A DNA stretch of 64,000 nucleotides, taken from Candidatus Omnitrophota bacterium (GTDB taxonomy: Bacteria > Omnitrophota > Gorgyraeia > Gygaellales > Profunditerraquicolaceae). The stretch spans positions 1 to 64,000 of the forward strand of contig JBEKSD010000011.1 of the NCBI GenBank assembly GCA_049517335.1, in the 5' to 3' direction. Under the pieces are notes generated by a model. The model saw only the letters and a program-made list of their open reading frames with translations. It made no database searches and was not told the origin of the DNA. Every line of letters starts with the position of its first letter. Positions within the stretch are counted from its first letter, which is position 1. A program made the translations under genes and the position numbers. This document shows positions 34,650 to 45,021 of the stretch, piece by piece.

Positions 34650-35674
34650 AGTACACATTGGATAAAAACAAACCCAATGAACTTATGAAATTTTTTAAAC
34701 AACTTACATGTTTTGTCAGTTTTTTAACAATCGCATTATTGGTAAGTGTCTGGAGTATTTTGTTAGTTGATCTTCATGCGGCAGAACCTAACCAAGCGCA
34801 ACAGAAACCAGTAGTTGTACAACGGTTGTTTACTTCTCCAGATGAGGCTATAAAAGCTTTACAGGCGGCTACCCAAGCTAAAGATAAAACGGCCCTAAAT
34901 GAAATTTTCGGCCCGGAGGTCCAAGAACTTTTAACCGGTGACGAAGTACAGGATACGAACAATTCGCAGAGGTTCGCTACCGCCATGGCGCAGGGCTGTA
35001 CGCCTGTGAAAGAGGGAGAGGACAAAATCACTCTTGAGGTTGGCAAGAATAACTGGCCTATGCCGATTCCACTGGTGAAAGCTAACGGGCAATGGCATTT
35101 CGATACTGCGGCAGGCAAAGAGGAGATCATCAGCCGTCATATCGGCAAGGACGAATGCCACGCCATCGGTGTTTGCCGGGCTTACGTGTTAGCGCAACGT
35201 CAGTATACAAGCATGAACCAGGGAGGAAAGAAGTACGCGCAAAAATTCAAGAGCACGCCTGGGGAAAAGGATGGTCTCTATTGGCCGTCTGCTGAGAACG
35301 AACCGACTAGCCCATTCGGGCCTTTGGTGGCAGAAGCCCATGCTGAAGGTTATGCCAAAAATAAGGTCATGCCGCATCCGTTTCATGGTTATTATTTCAG
35401 AATTTTGACCCGGCAAGGCAAGGCTGCGTCTGGCGGAAAAATGGATTACATGAGCCACGGCAACCTGACGAAAGGATTTGCGCTGGTGGCTTACCCGGCG
35501 CATTGGGACTACTCAGGCATCATGACATTTATCGTCAATCAGGACGGCAAAGTTTTTCAGCGAAATCTCGGCGAAAATACTTCTCAGGTTGCTAGGACAA
35601 TAAAGGAATACAATCCGGACAGCGAATGGGCGTTAGTGTCAGATGAGGGGGTATGCGCAGTATCCGAAAGATGA
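34646..35674 (+). CDS. DUF2950 family protein
   Basis: PFHGYYFRILTRQG...GFALVAYPA...SGIMTFIVNQDG. Confidence 0.85.
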   Translation: MKYTLDKNKPNELMKFFKQLTCFVSFLTIALLVSVWSILLVDLHAAEPNQAQQKPVVVQRLFTSPDEAIKALQAATQAKDKTALNEIFGPEVQELLTGDEVQDTNNSQRFATAMAQGCTPVKEGEDKITLEVGKNNWPMPIPLVKANGQWHFDTAAGKEEIISRHIGKDECHAIGVCRAYVLAQRQYTSMNQGGKKYAQKFKSTPGEKDGLYWPSAENEPTSPFGPLVAEAHAEGYAKNKVMPHPFHGYYFRILTRQGKAASGGKMDYMSHGNLTKGFALVAYPAHWDYSGIMTFIVNQDGKVFQRNLGENTSQVARTIKEYNPDSEWALVSDEGVCAVSER

Positions 35675-35860
35675 TGTTGCAGCCGCTTGTTAAAATCCAG
35701 CCAATACAAAAATCTAAACCTAATTTCTAATAATATCTTGTAATCACTTTGAGATTTTTCTTGTAGCAAAAACAATTCTCTGATATCTGATTGTCTTGAA
35801 TTGAAGAACGATCTAAGATACAATTATATTTAGAATTTGCACAGGAAGGTCATGACGGTT

Positions 35861-36597
35861 ATGACATCTCAAGGGAACAAAAAAATACATATTTTATTTT
35901 ACATTTTTTCTTTAATAGGATTTATTACTGCTATATTAGTTTATTCAGAAAAATCTCTGCCCCTACTTTATTTTCTTTGGAGACAGCCGTTTTTAATCTT
36001 CATCCGTATTTTCTGCATAGCCTTATTTTGTTTTTTTTTAAGCTCCTTAATCGCAAAGTCCTATCCTGGGGTTGGCTAAAATGGCTCGGGGGTATTATCT
36101 TTCTTCCAGTCCTGATTTTGCCGGCTATGCGGTGTTGTTTCAAGGTTCCCTATGTCTTCTGTCGCGTATGCCCAGATAAATGCCCTTGGGGATTATCGAG
36201 AACCTTATTTTTTACCTCCTTTGTTTCGCTTAACCTTTCAGGAAGATTCTGGTGCACAGCCGTATGCCCTGTAGGCACTTTTCAGGAATGCCAGGCCCAG
36301 CTTTCAAAAAAACACCTAAAACTTTTTTCATGGCTATACGGCCTGCCTTATCTTATTTTGTTCTTGGTCATAGGGATGTATTTTTTAACCTTTTTCGCAT
36401 CGCCTTGGGTGGGATTCTTTGAACATGGAGAATATGTTTGGGTTGCTGTAACAGCATCTATCGCTATTTTAATTATAGCAGCAGCGTTTTTTATCACAAG
36501 GTTTTGGTGCCGATATTTCTGTCCTGTAGGCACTATCGCAGAGTTAAGCTTTAGGCTTAAGCGTTTGTTAAAGATAGGTAAATCAAAAACAATCTAA
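35861..36597 (+). pseudogene. Membrane 4Fe-4S binding protein (NapH/FixG-like), frameshifted at a T9 run
   Basis: GRFWCTAVCPVG and RFWCRYFCPVG; the two overlapping frames join if 36031-36039 is T10. Confidence 0.65.
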
Positions 36598-36611
36598 AAA
36601 AGGAGAAAACT

Positions 36612-37268
36612 ATGGCTAGGAAACTATTTTTAACCGCGTGTTTGCTATTGATAAGCTTATTCATTTCTACTGAGGCAATCCATGCCCAAGACACAGCCTC
36701 CATCAAGTTATTAACTCCACAAATGCAAGGCGGTAAACCATTGATGCAGGCATTGAGGGATAGAAAAACTCAGCGCGCTTTTAGCCCTAAGGATTTGCCT
36801 TTACAGGTACTTTCAGACATGCTCTGGGCTGCAAACGGCATAAACCGCCCAGAATCAGGCCACCGTACCGCCCCTTCTGCCATGAATATGCAGGAAATTG
36901 ATATTTATGTAGCAAGAGCCGATGGTTTATATCTGTATGACGCTAAAGAGAATGTATTGAGGCAGATCCTGAAAGAAGACTTAAGGGCCTTAACCGGCAA
37001 ACAGGTATTCGTCAAAGACGCTCCCGTAAACCTTATCTTTGTGGCGGATTTTTTCAAGATGGGTAAAACCACAGGCAATACTACAGACTTCTATGCAGCT
37101 ACCGATACAGGCTTTGTCAGTGAGAATGTCTATCTATTTTGCGCATCAGAAGGCCTGGCTACAGTTGTGCGCGGCTTGGTGGATAAGCCGGCTTTGGCTA
37201 AAGCGATGAGATTAAGGCCTGATCAGAAGATAATTCTTACGCAAACAGTAGGGTATCCGAGAGATTAG
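36612..37268 (+). CDS. Nitroreductase / SagB-ThcOx family, exported
   Basis: LWAANGINRP, RTAPSA, ENVYLFCASEGL; signal peptide. Confidence 0.88.
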   Translation: MARKLFLTACLLLISLFISTEAIHAQDTASIKLLTPQMQGGKPLMQALRDRKTQRAFSPKDLPLQVLSDMLWAANGINRPESGHRTAPSAMNMQEIDIYVARADGLYLYDAKENVLRQILKEDLRALTGKQVFVKDAPVNLIFVADFFKMGKTTGNTTDFYAATDTGFVSENVYLFCASEGLATVVRGLVDKPALAKAMRLRPDQKIILTQTVGYPRD

Positions 37269-37286
37269 AAATCCGGATATTTCTTA

Positions 37287-37943
37287 ATGAATGAGAAAAT
37301 TAAGATTATAGAACTGGATTTTGTTAACGCCTTTTTGATTAAGGCAAAAGATGACTTTGTTTTGATTGATACGGGGATGCCTTATCACTGGAAAAGATTG
37401 GAGGCGAAATTAATAGATGCGGGTTGCCTTCCTCCTAAATTGAAACTCGTCATTATAACTCATGGAGATCGTGATCATATAGGTAATTGTGCGAAATTAC
37501 AGGAAAAATATAAAGCTAAGATAGCGATGCACGAAGCCGATGCCTTTATGGCAGAAGGTGGTGTGTTCCTGAAGCGTAAAGTAAGAACTTTAGCCGGCAG
37601 AATTCTTATTCTTCTTTCGAGATTGCGAAGACAAAAGATAAATTTACAGAAGTTTAAACCTGATATATTCCTGAAAGACGGACAGGGTTTAGAGGAGTAC
37701 GGATTCAATGCAAAAATCATTCATTCGCCAGGTCATACAAAAGGCTCTATCGGGATTTTAACCGAAGAAGGTGATTTGTTTGCCGGAGATACATTGGTTA
37801 ACTCAAAAAAGCCCGATATTGCAATATTTGTTGATAATTTTCAGGAGCTTAAGAATAGTATTGAAAAACTGAAGAAGTTGGAGATTAAAAAGGTTTATCC
37901 TGGTCACGGAAAAATATTTTTATTCTCTGATTTAAAGATATAA
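37287..37943 (+). CDS. MBL-fold metallo-hydrolase
   Basis: THGDRDHIG, PGHT, GD, PGHG. Confidence 0.9.
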   Translation: MNEKIKIIELDFVNAFLIKAKDDFVLIDTGMPYHWKRLEAKLIDAGCLPPKLKLVIITHGDRDHIGNCAKLQEKYKAKIAMHEADAFMAEGGVFLKRKVRTLAGRILILLSRLRRQKINLQKFKPDIFLKDGQGLEEYGFNAKIIHSPGHTKGSIGILTEEGDLFAGDTLVNSKKPDIAIFVDNFQELKNSIEKLKKLEIKKVYPGHGKIFLFSDLKI

Positions 37944-37977
37944 GTGAGATAGCGGGGAATACAGGAGGTATATTCTA

Positions 37978-38622
37978 ATGAAAATTATGGCATTTAATGG
38001 CAGCCCGAGAAAAGAATGGAATACGGCAACGCTACTTAAAAAAGCCCTTGAAGGCGCATCGTCACAAGGAGCCAAAACCGAACTTATTCATCTGTATGAT
38101 TTAAAGTATAAAGGATGTATTAGTTGTTTTGCCTGCAAAGAAAAAGGAGGTAAGAGCTATGGTAGGTGCGTGGTGAGAGACGATCTAAAGCCGATTTTTA
38201 AGAAAATTGAAACAGCCGATGCTTTCATATTTGGTTCGCCGATATACCTGGGGAATATTACCGGAGAGATGCAATCATTTCTGGAACGATTAGTATTTCC
38301 TTATCTAACTTATACCGATCCACCGGAGTCACTTTTCCCCAAAAATATCCCCGTGGGTTTTATTTATACCATGGGTCTTACCGAAGAGCTGATGAATGAA
38401 TTCGGTTATAACCAACGTTTCGCAGGTATAGACCGGTTTCTTGCTAGGATTTTCGGTTCAAGCGAGAAGCTTTTGTGTTTTGACACATATCAGTTTAAAG
38501 ATTATTCTAAAGTGGTTGCGCCAAGATTTAACCCTGAAGAAAAATTAAAAAGACGCCAAGAAATATTCCCTAAGGATTGTCAGAAAGCCTTTGAAATGGG
38601 TGCCAGATTTGCCAAGAAATAG
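37978..38622 (+). CDS. Flavodoxin family / iron-sulfur flavoprotein
   Basis: NGSPRKEWNT, GCISCFAC, GSPIY. Confidence 0.9.
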   Translation: MKIMAFNGSPRKEWNTATLLKKALEGASSQGAKTELIHLYDLKYKGCISCFACKEKGGKSYGRCVVRDDLKPIFKKIETADAFIFGSPIYLGNITGEMQSFLERLVFPYLTYTDPPESLFPKNIPVGFIYTMGLTEELMNEFGYNQRFAGIDRFLARIFGSSEKLLCFDTYQFKDYSKVVAPRFNPEEKLKRRQEIFPKDCQKAFEMGARFAKK

Positions 38623-38771
38623 AGAATTAAATGGAAAAAGGATTTGAAGCGATAAAGGAGCGGTACTTACACCGAACATTATACTACATGATATTTCATA
38701 CTATTCATACATTACATACTTAGCTAAAAAACTGGATAACACTAAACAATTTTTGTTAGAAGAACTCACAT

Positions 38772-39575
38772 ATGAATGATAAAATAATCGAAGTCAAAAA
38801 TTTGTCAAAACATTTCGGTCAAGTTTTAGCGGTCAAAGATATCTCATTTGAAGTTAAACGATCCGAAATCTTTGCCTTTTTGGGGCCGAATGGCGCAGGC
38901 AAAACGACAACAATTAAAATGTTCATTACTCTGCTTGCACCCACAAGCGGCGATGCAACCATTAACGGGTATAGCGTGATTCACCATCCAGCCGAAGTGC
39001 GCAGAGCCATCGGCTACGTACCTCAGATGATTTCCGTTGATGGAGCGCTTACAGTACAAGAAAACTTAATGCTTATGGCCCATCTTTATGATGTTCCTCA
39101 CAGGGAATGCAATAAGCGTATCAAAGAAATGCTCGTATTCCTTAAGTTGGAAAAATACGCCCGGTCACTCGTAAGGACACTTTCCGGAGGCATGATCCGT
39201 AAGCTGGAAGTTGGGCAGGCCATGCTACATAATCCCCATCTGTTTTTTCTCGATGAGCCGACTACGGGGCTTGACCCTATAGCAAAACGCAGCATCTGGG
39301 AACACCTCGTAGATCTCCGCGATACCTTTGGCACAACGATTTTCTTTTCTACGCACAATATGGAAGAGGCAGAGGAGGCGTGTGATAGGGTTGCGATTAT
39401 GAATGCCGGGGAAATTGTCGCTATCGGCTCAGTCTCGGAGCTAAAAGAAAAAACTAACAAAAAGGATGCTACGCTTGAAGACGCTTTTATGTTCTTCGCT
39501 GGAGATTCTCTTCAGTCGGGGGGTAATTTCCGCGATATAAAGCAGACAAGACAAACACATCACAGGTTAGGCTGA
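38772..39575 (+). CDS. ABC exporter ATP-binding protein (DrrA-like)
   Basis: GPNGAGKT, LSGG, LDEPT. Confidence 0.93.
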   Translation: MNDKIIEVKNLSKHFGQVLAVKDISFEVKRSEIFAFLGPNGAGKTTTIKMFITLLAPTSGDATINGYSVIHHPAEVRRAIGYVPQMISVDGALTVQENLMLMAHLYDVPHRECNKRIKEMLVFLKLEKYARSLVRTLSGGMIRKLEVGQAMLHNPHLFFLDEPTTGLDPIAKRSIWEHLVDLRDTFGTTIFFSTHNMEEAEEACDRVAIMNAGEIVAIGSVSELKEKTNKKDATLEDAFMFFAGDSLQSGGNFRDIKQTRQTHHRLG

Positions 39576-39579
39576 AATT

Positions 39580-40356
39580 ATGCTGAACTATATCTTGCAA
39601 CTTATCATTAAAACATGGGTGATGGCTGAAATGGAGATAAGAAAACTCCTACATGACCCAACGGAGCTTATCACTCGAGCAATACAGCCTATTTTATGGC
39701 TAGGTATTTTTGGAGAAGCAATGAGTAAAATCCGGGCGATACCGACCCAAGGGTTTACTTATTTACAATTTATCACCCCCGGCATCCTTACTCAATCAAT
39801 AACGTTTGTTTCGATATTCTATGGTTTAGCAATCATTTGGGAACGCGATATGGGATTGCTGCAAAAAATCTTAGTTACTCCAACTCTACGCTTGGCGCTC
39901 GTATGGGGGAAAATGATTTCGGCTGGTATGCGTGGGTTAAGCCAGGCGATCATCATCTTTCTTTTTACCCTTATCCTGCAAATCCATCTTCGGATTACAC
40001 TGTTCTCGATTCTTGGAGTGGTGATTATTACGATGCTTGGCGCTAGCTTTTTTACCGGGTTATCAATGATTATCGCCTCTATTGTGAAAACTCGCGAGCG
40101 ATTCATGGGAATAGGGCAAATTATTACCCTGCCGCTATTTTTCGCCTCTAATGCAATATATCCTATTTCAATTATGCCTTCGTGGCTTCAAGTGGTTGCC
40201 AACATGAATCCTCTTAGCTATATGGTTGATGGTCTTCGTGCCCTGTTGGTTTCAGGAGATGTATCGCGGCTTCCTTTTGACATAGTTATTTTGATTATCG
40301 TTACATTTGCCATATCGTTTCTGAGCGCATATATGTATCCAAAGGTCGTTGTCTAA
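39580..40356 (+). CDS. ABC-2 type permease
   Basis: About 6 TM; FASNAIYP, NPLSY. Confidence 0.9.
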   Translation: MLNYILQLIIKTWVMAEMEIRKLLHDPTELITRAIQPILWLGIFGEAMSKIRAIPTQGFTYLQFITPGILTQSITFVSIFYGLAIIWERDMGLLQKILVTPTLRLALVWGKMISAGMRGLSQAIIIFLFTLILQIHLRITLFSILGVVIITMLGASFFTGLSMIIASIVKTRERFMGIGQIITLPLFFASNAIYPISIMPSWLQVVANMNPLSYMVDGLRALLVSGDVSRLPFDIVILIIVTFAISFLSAYMYPKVVV

Positions 40357-40385
40357 TGTTCTGATATGATTGAAAGGAGGGGATC

Positions 40386-40538
40386 ATGAAAAAGAAATGT
40401 GAAAAGGCAGAATTAACAAATTGTATCAAGGAAAAGGCTAAGGAGTTGTGGGAAAAAGATGGACGCAAGCAAGATCGTGATTTAGATTATTGGTTACAGG
40501 CTGAAAAGATTGTAAAATCTCAGACCACAAAATATTAA
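40386..40538 (+). CDS. DUF2934-like small protein (not in ORF track)
   Basis: IKEKAKELWEKDGRKQDRDLDYWLQAE; RBS AAGGAGG. Confidence 0.8.
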   Translation: MKKKCEKAELTNCIKEKAKELWEKDGRKQDRDLDYWLQAEKIVKSQTTKY

Positions 40539-40609
40539 AACTAGAGTCAGTCATAATTACTAAAGATTGATTCAGGTCTTACGACGACATCTAAAATAAG
40601 GAGGAATGC

Positions 40610-41110
40610 ATGAAAGCAGCAAGAAATGTGTTTTTCGGGTTAGCAATAGTAGGGGCAATAGTTTTTGTTTCAGGGGTATCATTCGCAGAAACCGCAACGT
40701 CAACGCCAACGTCAACGCCAGCGGCAGCAGCAAATGATGTATCAGCAGCAAAGCAAGCAAAACATGAAGCTAGAATTAAGCTTCTACAGGATTCCGCAGC
40801 AGCTCTTCAGACAACAAATCCAGATTTAGCAATGAAATTGACTGATATTGTGAATGGGGCATCAAAAGAGAAGACGGAAAGCAGCAAATTAGCAAAAGAC
40901 TCGGCTGAATGGAAAGCAAAGCACGATGCAAGAATACAGCTTTATAAAGACGCAGCAGCAGCCCTTCAAGCGACAAACCCGGATTTAGCAAAGGGTTTAA
41001 TGGATATGACAGTGCCAAAGCAGAAGACTGAAATGCAGAAGGCGGCTGAAGAAAAGAACGAGAAAGAAGAATCTGGAGAAAAGGTAGAGCCCAAGGGAAA
41101 CAGTAATTAG
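40610..41110 (+). CDS. Exported protein with an internal duplication
   Basis: Signal peptide; KHEARIKLLQDSAAALQTTNPDLA and KHDARIQLYKDAAAALQATNPDLA. Confidence 0.75.
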   Translation: MKAARNVFFGLAIVGAIVFVSGVSFAETATSTPTSTPAAAANDVSAAKQAKHEARIKLLQDSAAALQTTNPDLAMKLTDIVNGASKEKTESSKLAKDSAEWKAKHDARIQLYKDAAAALQATNPDLAKGLMDMTVPKQKTEMQKAAEEKNEKEESGEKVEPKGNSN

Positions 41111-41254
41111 TTCGAATCTCTTCAGGGGGGGTGAGAGGAGTAGTATTTCGGTGAGTTCGGGCCCCGTCAGGTACCCCAATAATTATCTTCTCATTCAGAG
41201 AGGTGAGAGCTTAAAGCCCTGATTACTTTGATTAATCAGGGGGAGGTAACTGAA

Positions 41255-42052
41255 ATGAAGGATGTGGTTAAAAGAGTTTACGGTGATATCGCAAAAAGCA
41301 AGAAGAAGAGTTGCTGTGGCCCAAAAAGCTGTGATTCCAGAGGTGCCACAGTATCCGAAAGAATAGGCTATACAAAAGAAGAATTGCAGTCAATACCTGA
41401 CGAAGCTGTCATGGGTTTAGGCTGCGGTAATCCTGTGGCACTTGCGTCCTTAAAAGAAGGTGAAACAGTAGTGGATTTAGGTTCAGGCGCGGGCATAGAC
41501 GTATTTCTTGCATCGCGCAGAGTAGGCGATAGTGGCAAAGTCATAGGAATAGATATGACTGAAGAGATGCTTAAACGCGCCAGAGAAAACGTAAAGAAAG
41601 GAGAATTCAGTAATGTCGAGTTTAAGCTTGGTGATATAGAGGCAATGCCGCTTGAGGATAATATCGCCGATTGTGTGATAAGTAACTGCGTGATAAATCT
41701 CGCGCAGGATAAGCAAAAAGTTTTTAATGAAGCGTTCAGGGTATTGAAGCAAGGCGGCCGGCTGATGGTCTCTGATATGGTTCTTCTAAAAGATCTTTCG
41801 GAAAAGATTTCAAAATCAGCCGAGATGTATGCGGGCTGTGTTGCCGGAGCATTGAAACGGGATGATTATATCGCCAAGATAAAGAACGCAGGCTTTAAAG
41901 ACATATCTATCATAAAAGAAGATCCGGTGCGCTTTCTCGACTATCTCGGCTCAGACAAGGTAGTAAGTAACATAATAGAGAATATGTCGGAAAAAGAAAT
42001 AGAAGAGATTAATTCATCCGTTGTCAGTATTAAGATATCGGCGAAAAAATAA
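41255..42052 (+). CDS. arsM: Arsenite S-adenosylmethionine methyltransferase
   Basis: SCC, GLGCGNP, DLGSGAG, ISNCVINL, GCVAGA. Confidence 0.9.
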   Translation: MKDVVKRVYGDIAKSKKKSCCGPKSCDSRGATVSERIGYTKEELQSIPDEAVMGLGCGNPVALASLKEGETVVDLGSGAGIDVFLASRRVGDSGKVIGIDMTEEMLKRARENVKKGEFSNVEFKLGDIEAMPLEDNIADCVISNCVINLAQDKQKVFNEAFRVLKQGGRLMVSDMVLLKDLSEKISKSAEMYAGCVAGALKRDDYIAKIKNAGFKDISIIKEDPVRFLDYLGSDKVVSNIIENMSEKEIEEINSSVVSIKISAKK

Positions 42053-42064
42053 ATCCATAATAAT

Positions 42065-42433
42065 ATGAAGAAGCGAAAGATCAAAAAAACATCGCTGAAC
42101 AAACGGGCGGTATATTTCTCTAGGAACATGTTGGAATTGAAACCTGATGTAGCGGGAGCACGGATGTGGGGAGTGGCCCTGGATAAGGTATTATTGACGT
42201 ATTTTGAAATGAAGCCAAACTGTAAATTTATCTATCATCGCCATAAAAGCGAACAAATCACTATGGTGCTAAGTGGTGAGTTGTTTTTTAAACTCAAAGG
42301 ACGGACTGTTTGCCTTAAAAAGGGTGAAGTTATCGCTATCCCTTCGAATGTAGCACATGCCGTTTACACAGCACATCTAGGTGTTCGGGCTATTGATGCC
42401 TGGTCGCCTGTTATGAAGCAATATAAGAAATAA
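42065..42433 (+). CDS. Cupin domain protein
   Basis: HRHKSEQ...IPSNVAH...DAWSP. Confidence 0.85.
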   Translation: MKKRKIKKTSLNKRAVYFSRNMLELKPDVAGARMWGVALDKVLLTYFEMKPNCKFIYHRHKSEQITMVLSGELFFKLKGRTVCLKKGEVIAIPSNVAHAVYTAHLGVRAIDAWSPVMKQYKK

Positions 42434-42463
42434 AAACAATCAAAAAGAAGGGTGGTTGTAAAC

Positions 42464-42892
42464 ATGAGAAAGAGCGATCTTGCAGTTTCTATGTTTAATG
42501 AAGGTTTTAGTTGTTCACAAGCGATTTTTTCCACTTACGGCAAAGAATTAGGTATAGACAGTGGAACCGCTATTAAAATTTCGGCACCTTTCGGCGGTGG
42601 TATGGCGAGGATGGGCGAGACTTGCGGTGCTGTAACAGGCGCATTTATGGTTATTGGACTTAAATACGCAGTAGGTAAAGATTCTAAAGATAAGGTTTAT
42701 TCGCTTGTTAAGAAGTTTGTGGATGATTTTAAGGCTCGTAACAAATCTATCGTTTGTAAAGAATTGTTGGGTTATGATATAAGTAAGCCTGAAGGAATGA
42801 AAACCATAAAAGAAAAAGATCTGATTAAAACTCTTTGCCCGAAATTCGTGAAAGACGCTGCGGAAATTCTGGAAAAGCTTCTTTTGACATAG
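42464..42892 (+). CDS. C_GCAxxG_C_C family redox protein
   Basis: SCSQA, FGGG, TCGAVTG, CKELLG, CPKFV. Confidence 0.88.
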   Translation: MRKSDLAVSMFNEGFSCSQAIFSTYGKELGIDSGTAIKISAPFGGGMARMGETCGAVTGAFMVIGLKYAVGKDSKDKVYSLVKKFVDDFKARNKSIVCKELLGYDISKPEGMKTIKEKDLIKTLCPKFVKDAAEILEKLLLT

Positions 42893-42961
42893 TATTTACC
42901 ATTAAGAATTAACTGGCATGACTGCCAGTTAATTCTATATTTTACCGCAGGAGGAAAGACT

Positions 42962-43525
42962 ATGGCACAGAAAAAGATCGCTGTTTTTGTAGGAAGCCTG
43001 CGCAAAGAATCATTTAACTGCAAAATGGCCAAGGCGCTAATTAAGGTTTCACCCGAATCGCTCAAGTTAGAGATTATCGAGATCGAAGGACTACCTTTAT
43101 ATAATCAGGACTTCGATGATAATCCTCCGGTTTCCTATACGCAATTCCGAGAATCTTTAAGAGAGTTTGACGCGGTTTTGTTTATTACACCCGAATACAA
43201 TCGTTCCGTTCCCGCCGTGCTCAAGAACGCTATTGATGTGGGGTCGCGTCCCTATGGGCAAAGCGCGTGGAATGGGAAGCCGGGTGCTGTGATGAGCGTC
43301 TCGCCTGGCGCTATAGGCGGATTCGGCGCAAATCATCATCTGCGCCAATCGCTGGTTTTCCTTAATGTTCCTACGATGCAACAGCCGGAAGCGTACATCG
43401 GGAATGCCGATAAGCTTTTTGATGAAAAGGGTAATCTTACTAACGATTCTACCCGTGAATTTATCACAAAGTTTATGCAGGCATTTGCAGAATGGATTGC
43501 GCGCTGCACGTCAAATAAAAAGTAA
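42962..43525 (+). CDS. NADPH-dependent FMN reductase (ChrR-like)
   Basis: GSLRKESFN, TPEYNRSVPAVLKNAID, SRPYGQS. Confidence 0.92.
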   Translation: MAQKKIAVFVGSLRKESFNCKMAKALIKVSPESLKLEIIEIEGLPLYNQDFDDNPPVSYTQFRESLREFDAVLFITPEYNRSVPAVLKNAIDVGSRPYGQSAWNGKPGAVMSVSPGAIGGFGANHHLRQSLVFLNVPTMQQPEAYIGNADKLFDEKGNLTNDSTREFITKFMQAFAEWIARCTSNKK

Positions 43526-43570
43526 TTGTGGCCTAAATTAGAGGGTATTCATCTGAGTATATGGCGATTG

Positions 43571-43732
43571 TGGTATAATTGACCTGTGTAAATTAAGAGA
43601 GGTTTCCCCTCGGCTTATACGAGAGGGACCCCAGTAATATCGTTCTCCTCGCATAACGGGAGAGTTTAAGGCCTATGATCGGAATACCGGTTATAGGCCT
43701 TTTTATCTAGCGAGTTCCCTAGGAGTTAGGGC
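43571..43732 (+). repeat. Repeat site B: -10 box, hairpin, CCAGTA, terminator, conserved box
   Basis: TGGTATAAT; 30-nt hairpin 43601-43630; terminator 43668-43704; near-identical to site C. Confidence 0.85.
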
Positions 43733-43954
43733 ATCGCATTTATTAGCCGTATTTCGATTATATCCGTACCATAAGCTGTTTTAAAAGCCTCTCTGAATAT
43801 CGCTGTTTAATCGCCAAAATAGGCCAATTCCTCTCTTATATAATGGTCGCTATATAATGAAAATATCGGCAATATTCGAGGTATTTTAGAGCTTTAGGAG
43901 GCCATTATATACAGGGAGAGAGGGGTTTTCTATCGTTACGCGGTAGGGTTTTTA

Positions 43955-44108
43955 AGCAACTTCTGCCACTTTTCTTTTTGTTTTTCCCAATCTAACTCGC
44001 GGCAGATTTCGCGGAGTTTGTATTCGGGGATAAAGGGAATGTTTGAATTGTCTGAAAACAGAATATCTTCTTGGATGCTTGGTGCAAGCATGAGCAGATT
44101 CATGAGTA
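43955..44108 (-). pseudogene. Remnant of a small recombinase-associated gene
   Basis: Minus strand LMNLLMLAPSIQEDILF...KLREICRELDWEKQ resembles proteins encoded beside serine recombinases (recognition from memory). Confidence 0.55.
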
Positions 44109-44154
44109 GATAGATTTTAACCTGGTTTATATTAAGCCAGCCAGGATGAAATCA

Positions 44155-45021
44155 TTATGATAAATTAAACCTACGAATGATTTTTTTTATCCTTCTAATA
44201 AAAAATACTCGTTCCAAAAAGAGTACTGTTCTATTTGAAATAATCCGAGTGACTGGTATTTTGCCTCCAAACTGATTTTTATCCAAAGCAAAATTATTAG
44301 GCAAATGATAACACCAAGCATCCGGGGGTATTTTATTTCCACTATCCACCGGAAGAAGAACTCTATGCTCATGTGGATGTTTCCATATCATGCCAGCAGA
44401 TGCACGCTCCCTTATTTTCCATTCAGGATGATTGCCATCCGTCCATGCCGGATGATTTATAAATTCCAACATTTGCTTTTTGGTATATATCCAAAATGCG
44501 TGATAAGGGGCTGGAGTCAGGAACCACTTCAAATTCTCTATTGTTTTAAAAATTGGAGTATAAGCTTTTTTACCAAAATCTGAACTCATAATTACCCCCT
44601 TAGGACTTTTTTCGACTCTTAAAAAGCCTCTGATATATCCTTGCGGATAAATAATAAGGGTGTCTTTATACCATCTTACAATAGCATCCCATTGCACTAA
44701 AATATCATCTTCAATATACATAAAAAAATCATAGTTCTTTATGTTTTGCAGCATATTGCCACGGTGTTGCCACGTTAGCAGCCATGGATGCTTTAAGTTT
44801 TCATGCACCTGTATCCTGATTTTTAGACCACAAATAAATTCGCTAGGAAGTTTTTTTTCTGTTTCCGAACTATTTGTATCAATCACAATGTCTATTTCTG
44901 AAAATTTATAGGAACGAAAATTATCTAATACCTTAGCCAAGTAGTGAATTCTTTCCTTCACATAATGAAATGCGATATGGACTAGAAGCCTCCCTGGAAT
45001 TTCTTGGCAAGAATTAAGCAT
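44155..45021 (-). CDS. Putative GT-A glycosyltransferase-like protein
   Basis: IDIVIDTN and YDFFMYIEDDILV (DxD-like). Confidence 0.55.
   Translation of the reverse strand: MLNSCQEIPGRLLVHIAFHYVKERIHYLAKVLDNFRSYKFSEIDIVIDTNSSETEKKLPSEFICGLKIRIQVHENLKHPWLLTWQHRGNMLQNIKNYDFFMYIEDDILVQWDAIVRWYKDTLIIYPQGYIRGFLRVEKSPKGVIMSSDFGKKAYTPIFKTIENLKWFLTPAPYHAFWIYTKKQMLEFINHPAWTDGNHPEWKIRERASAGMIWKHPHEHRVLLPVDSGNKIPPDAWCYHLPNNFALDKNQFGGKIPVTRIISNRTVLFLERVFFIRRIKKIIRRFNLS

Noticed and set aside
36612-37268. SagB-type azole RiPP dehydrogenase
   Set aside because: No YcaO or precursor nearby; it has a signal peptide and fits the stand-alone nitroreductase group
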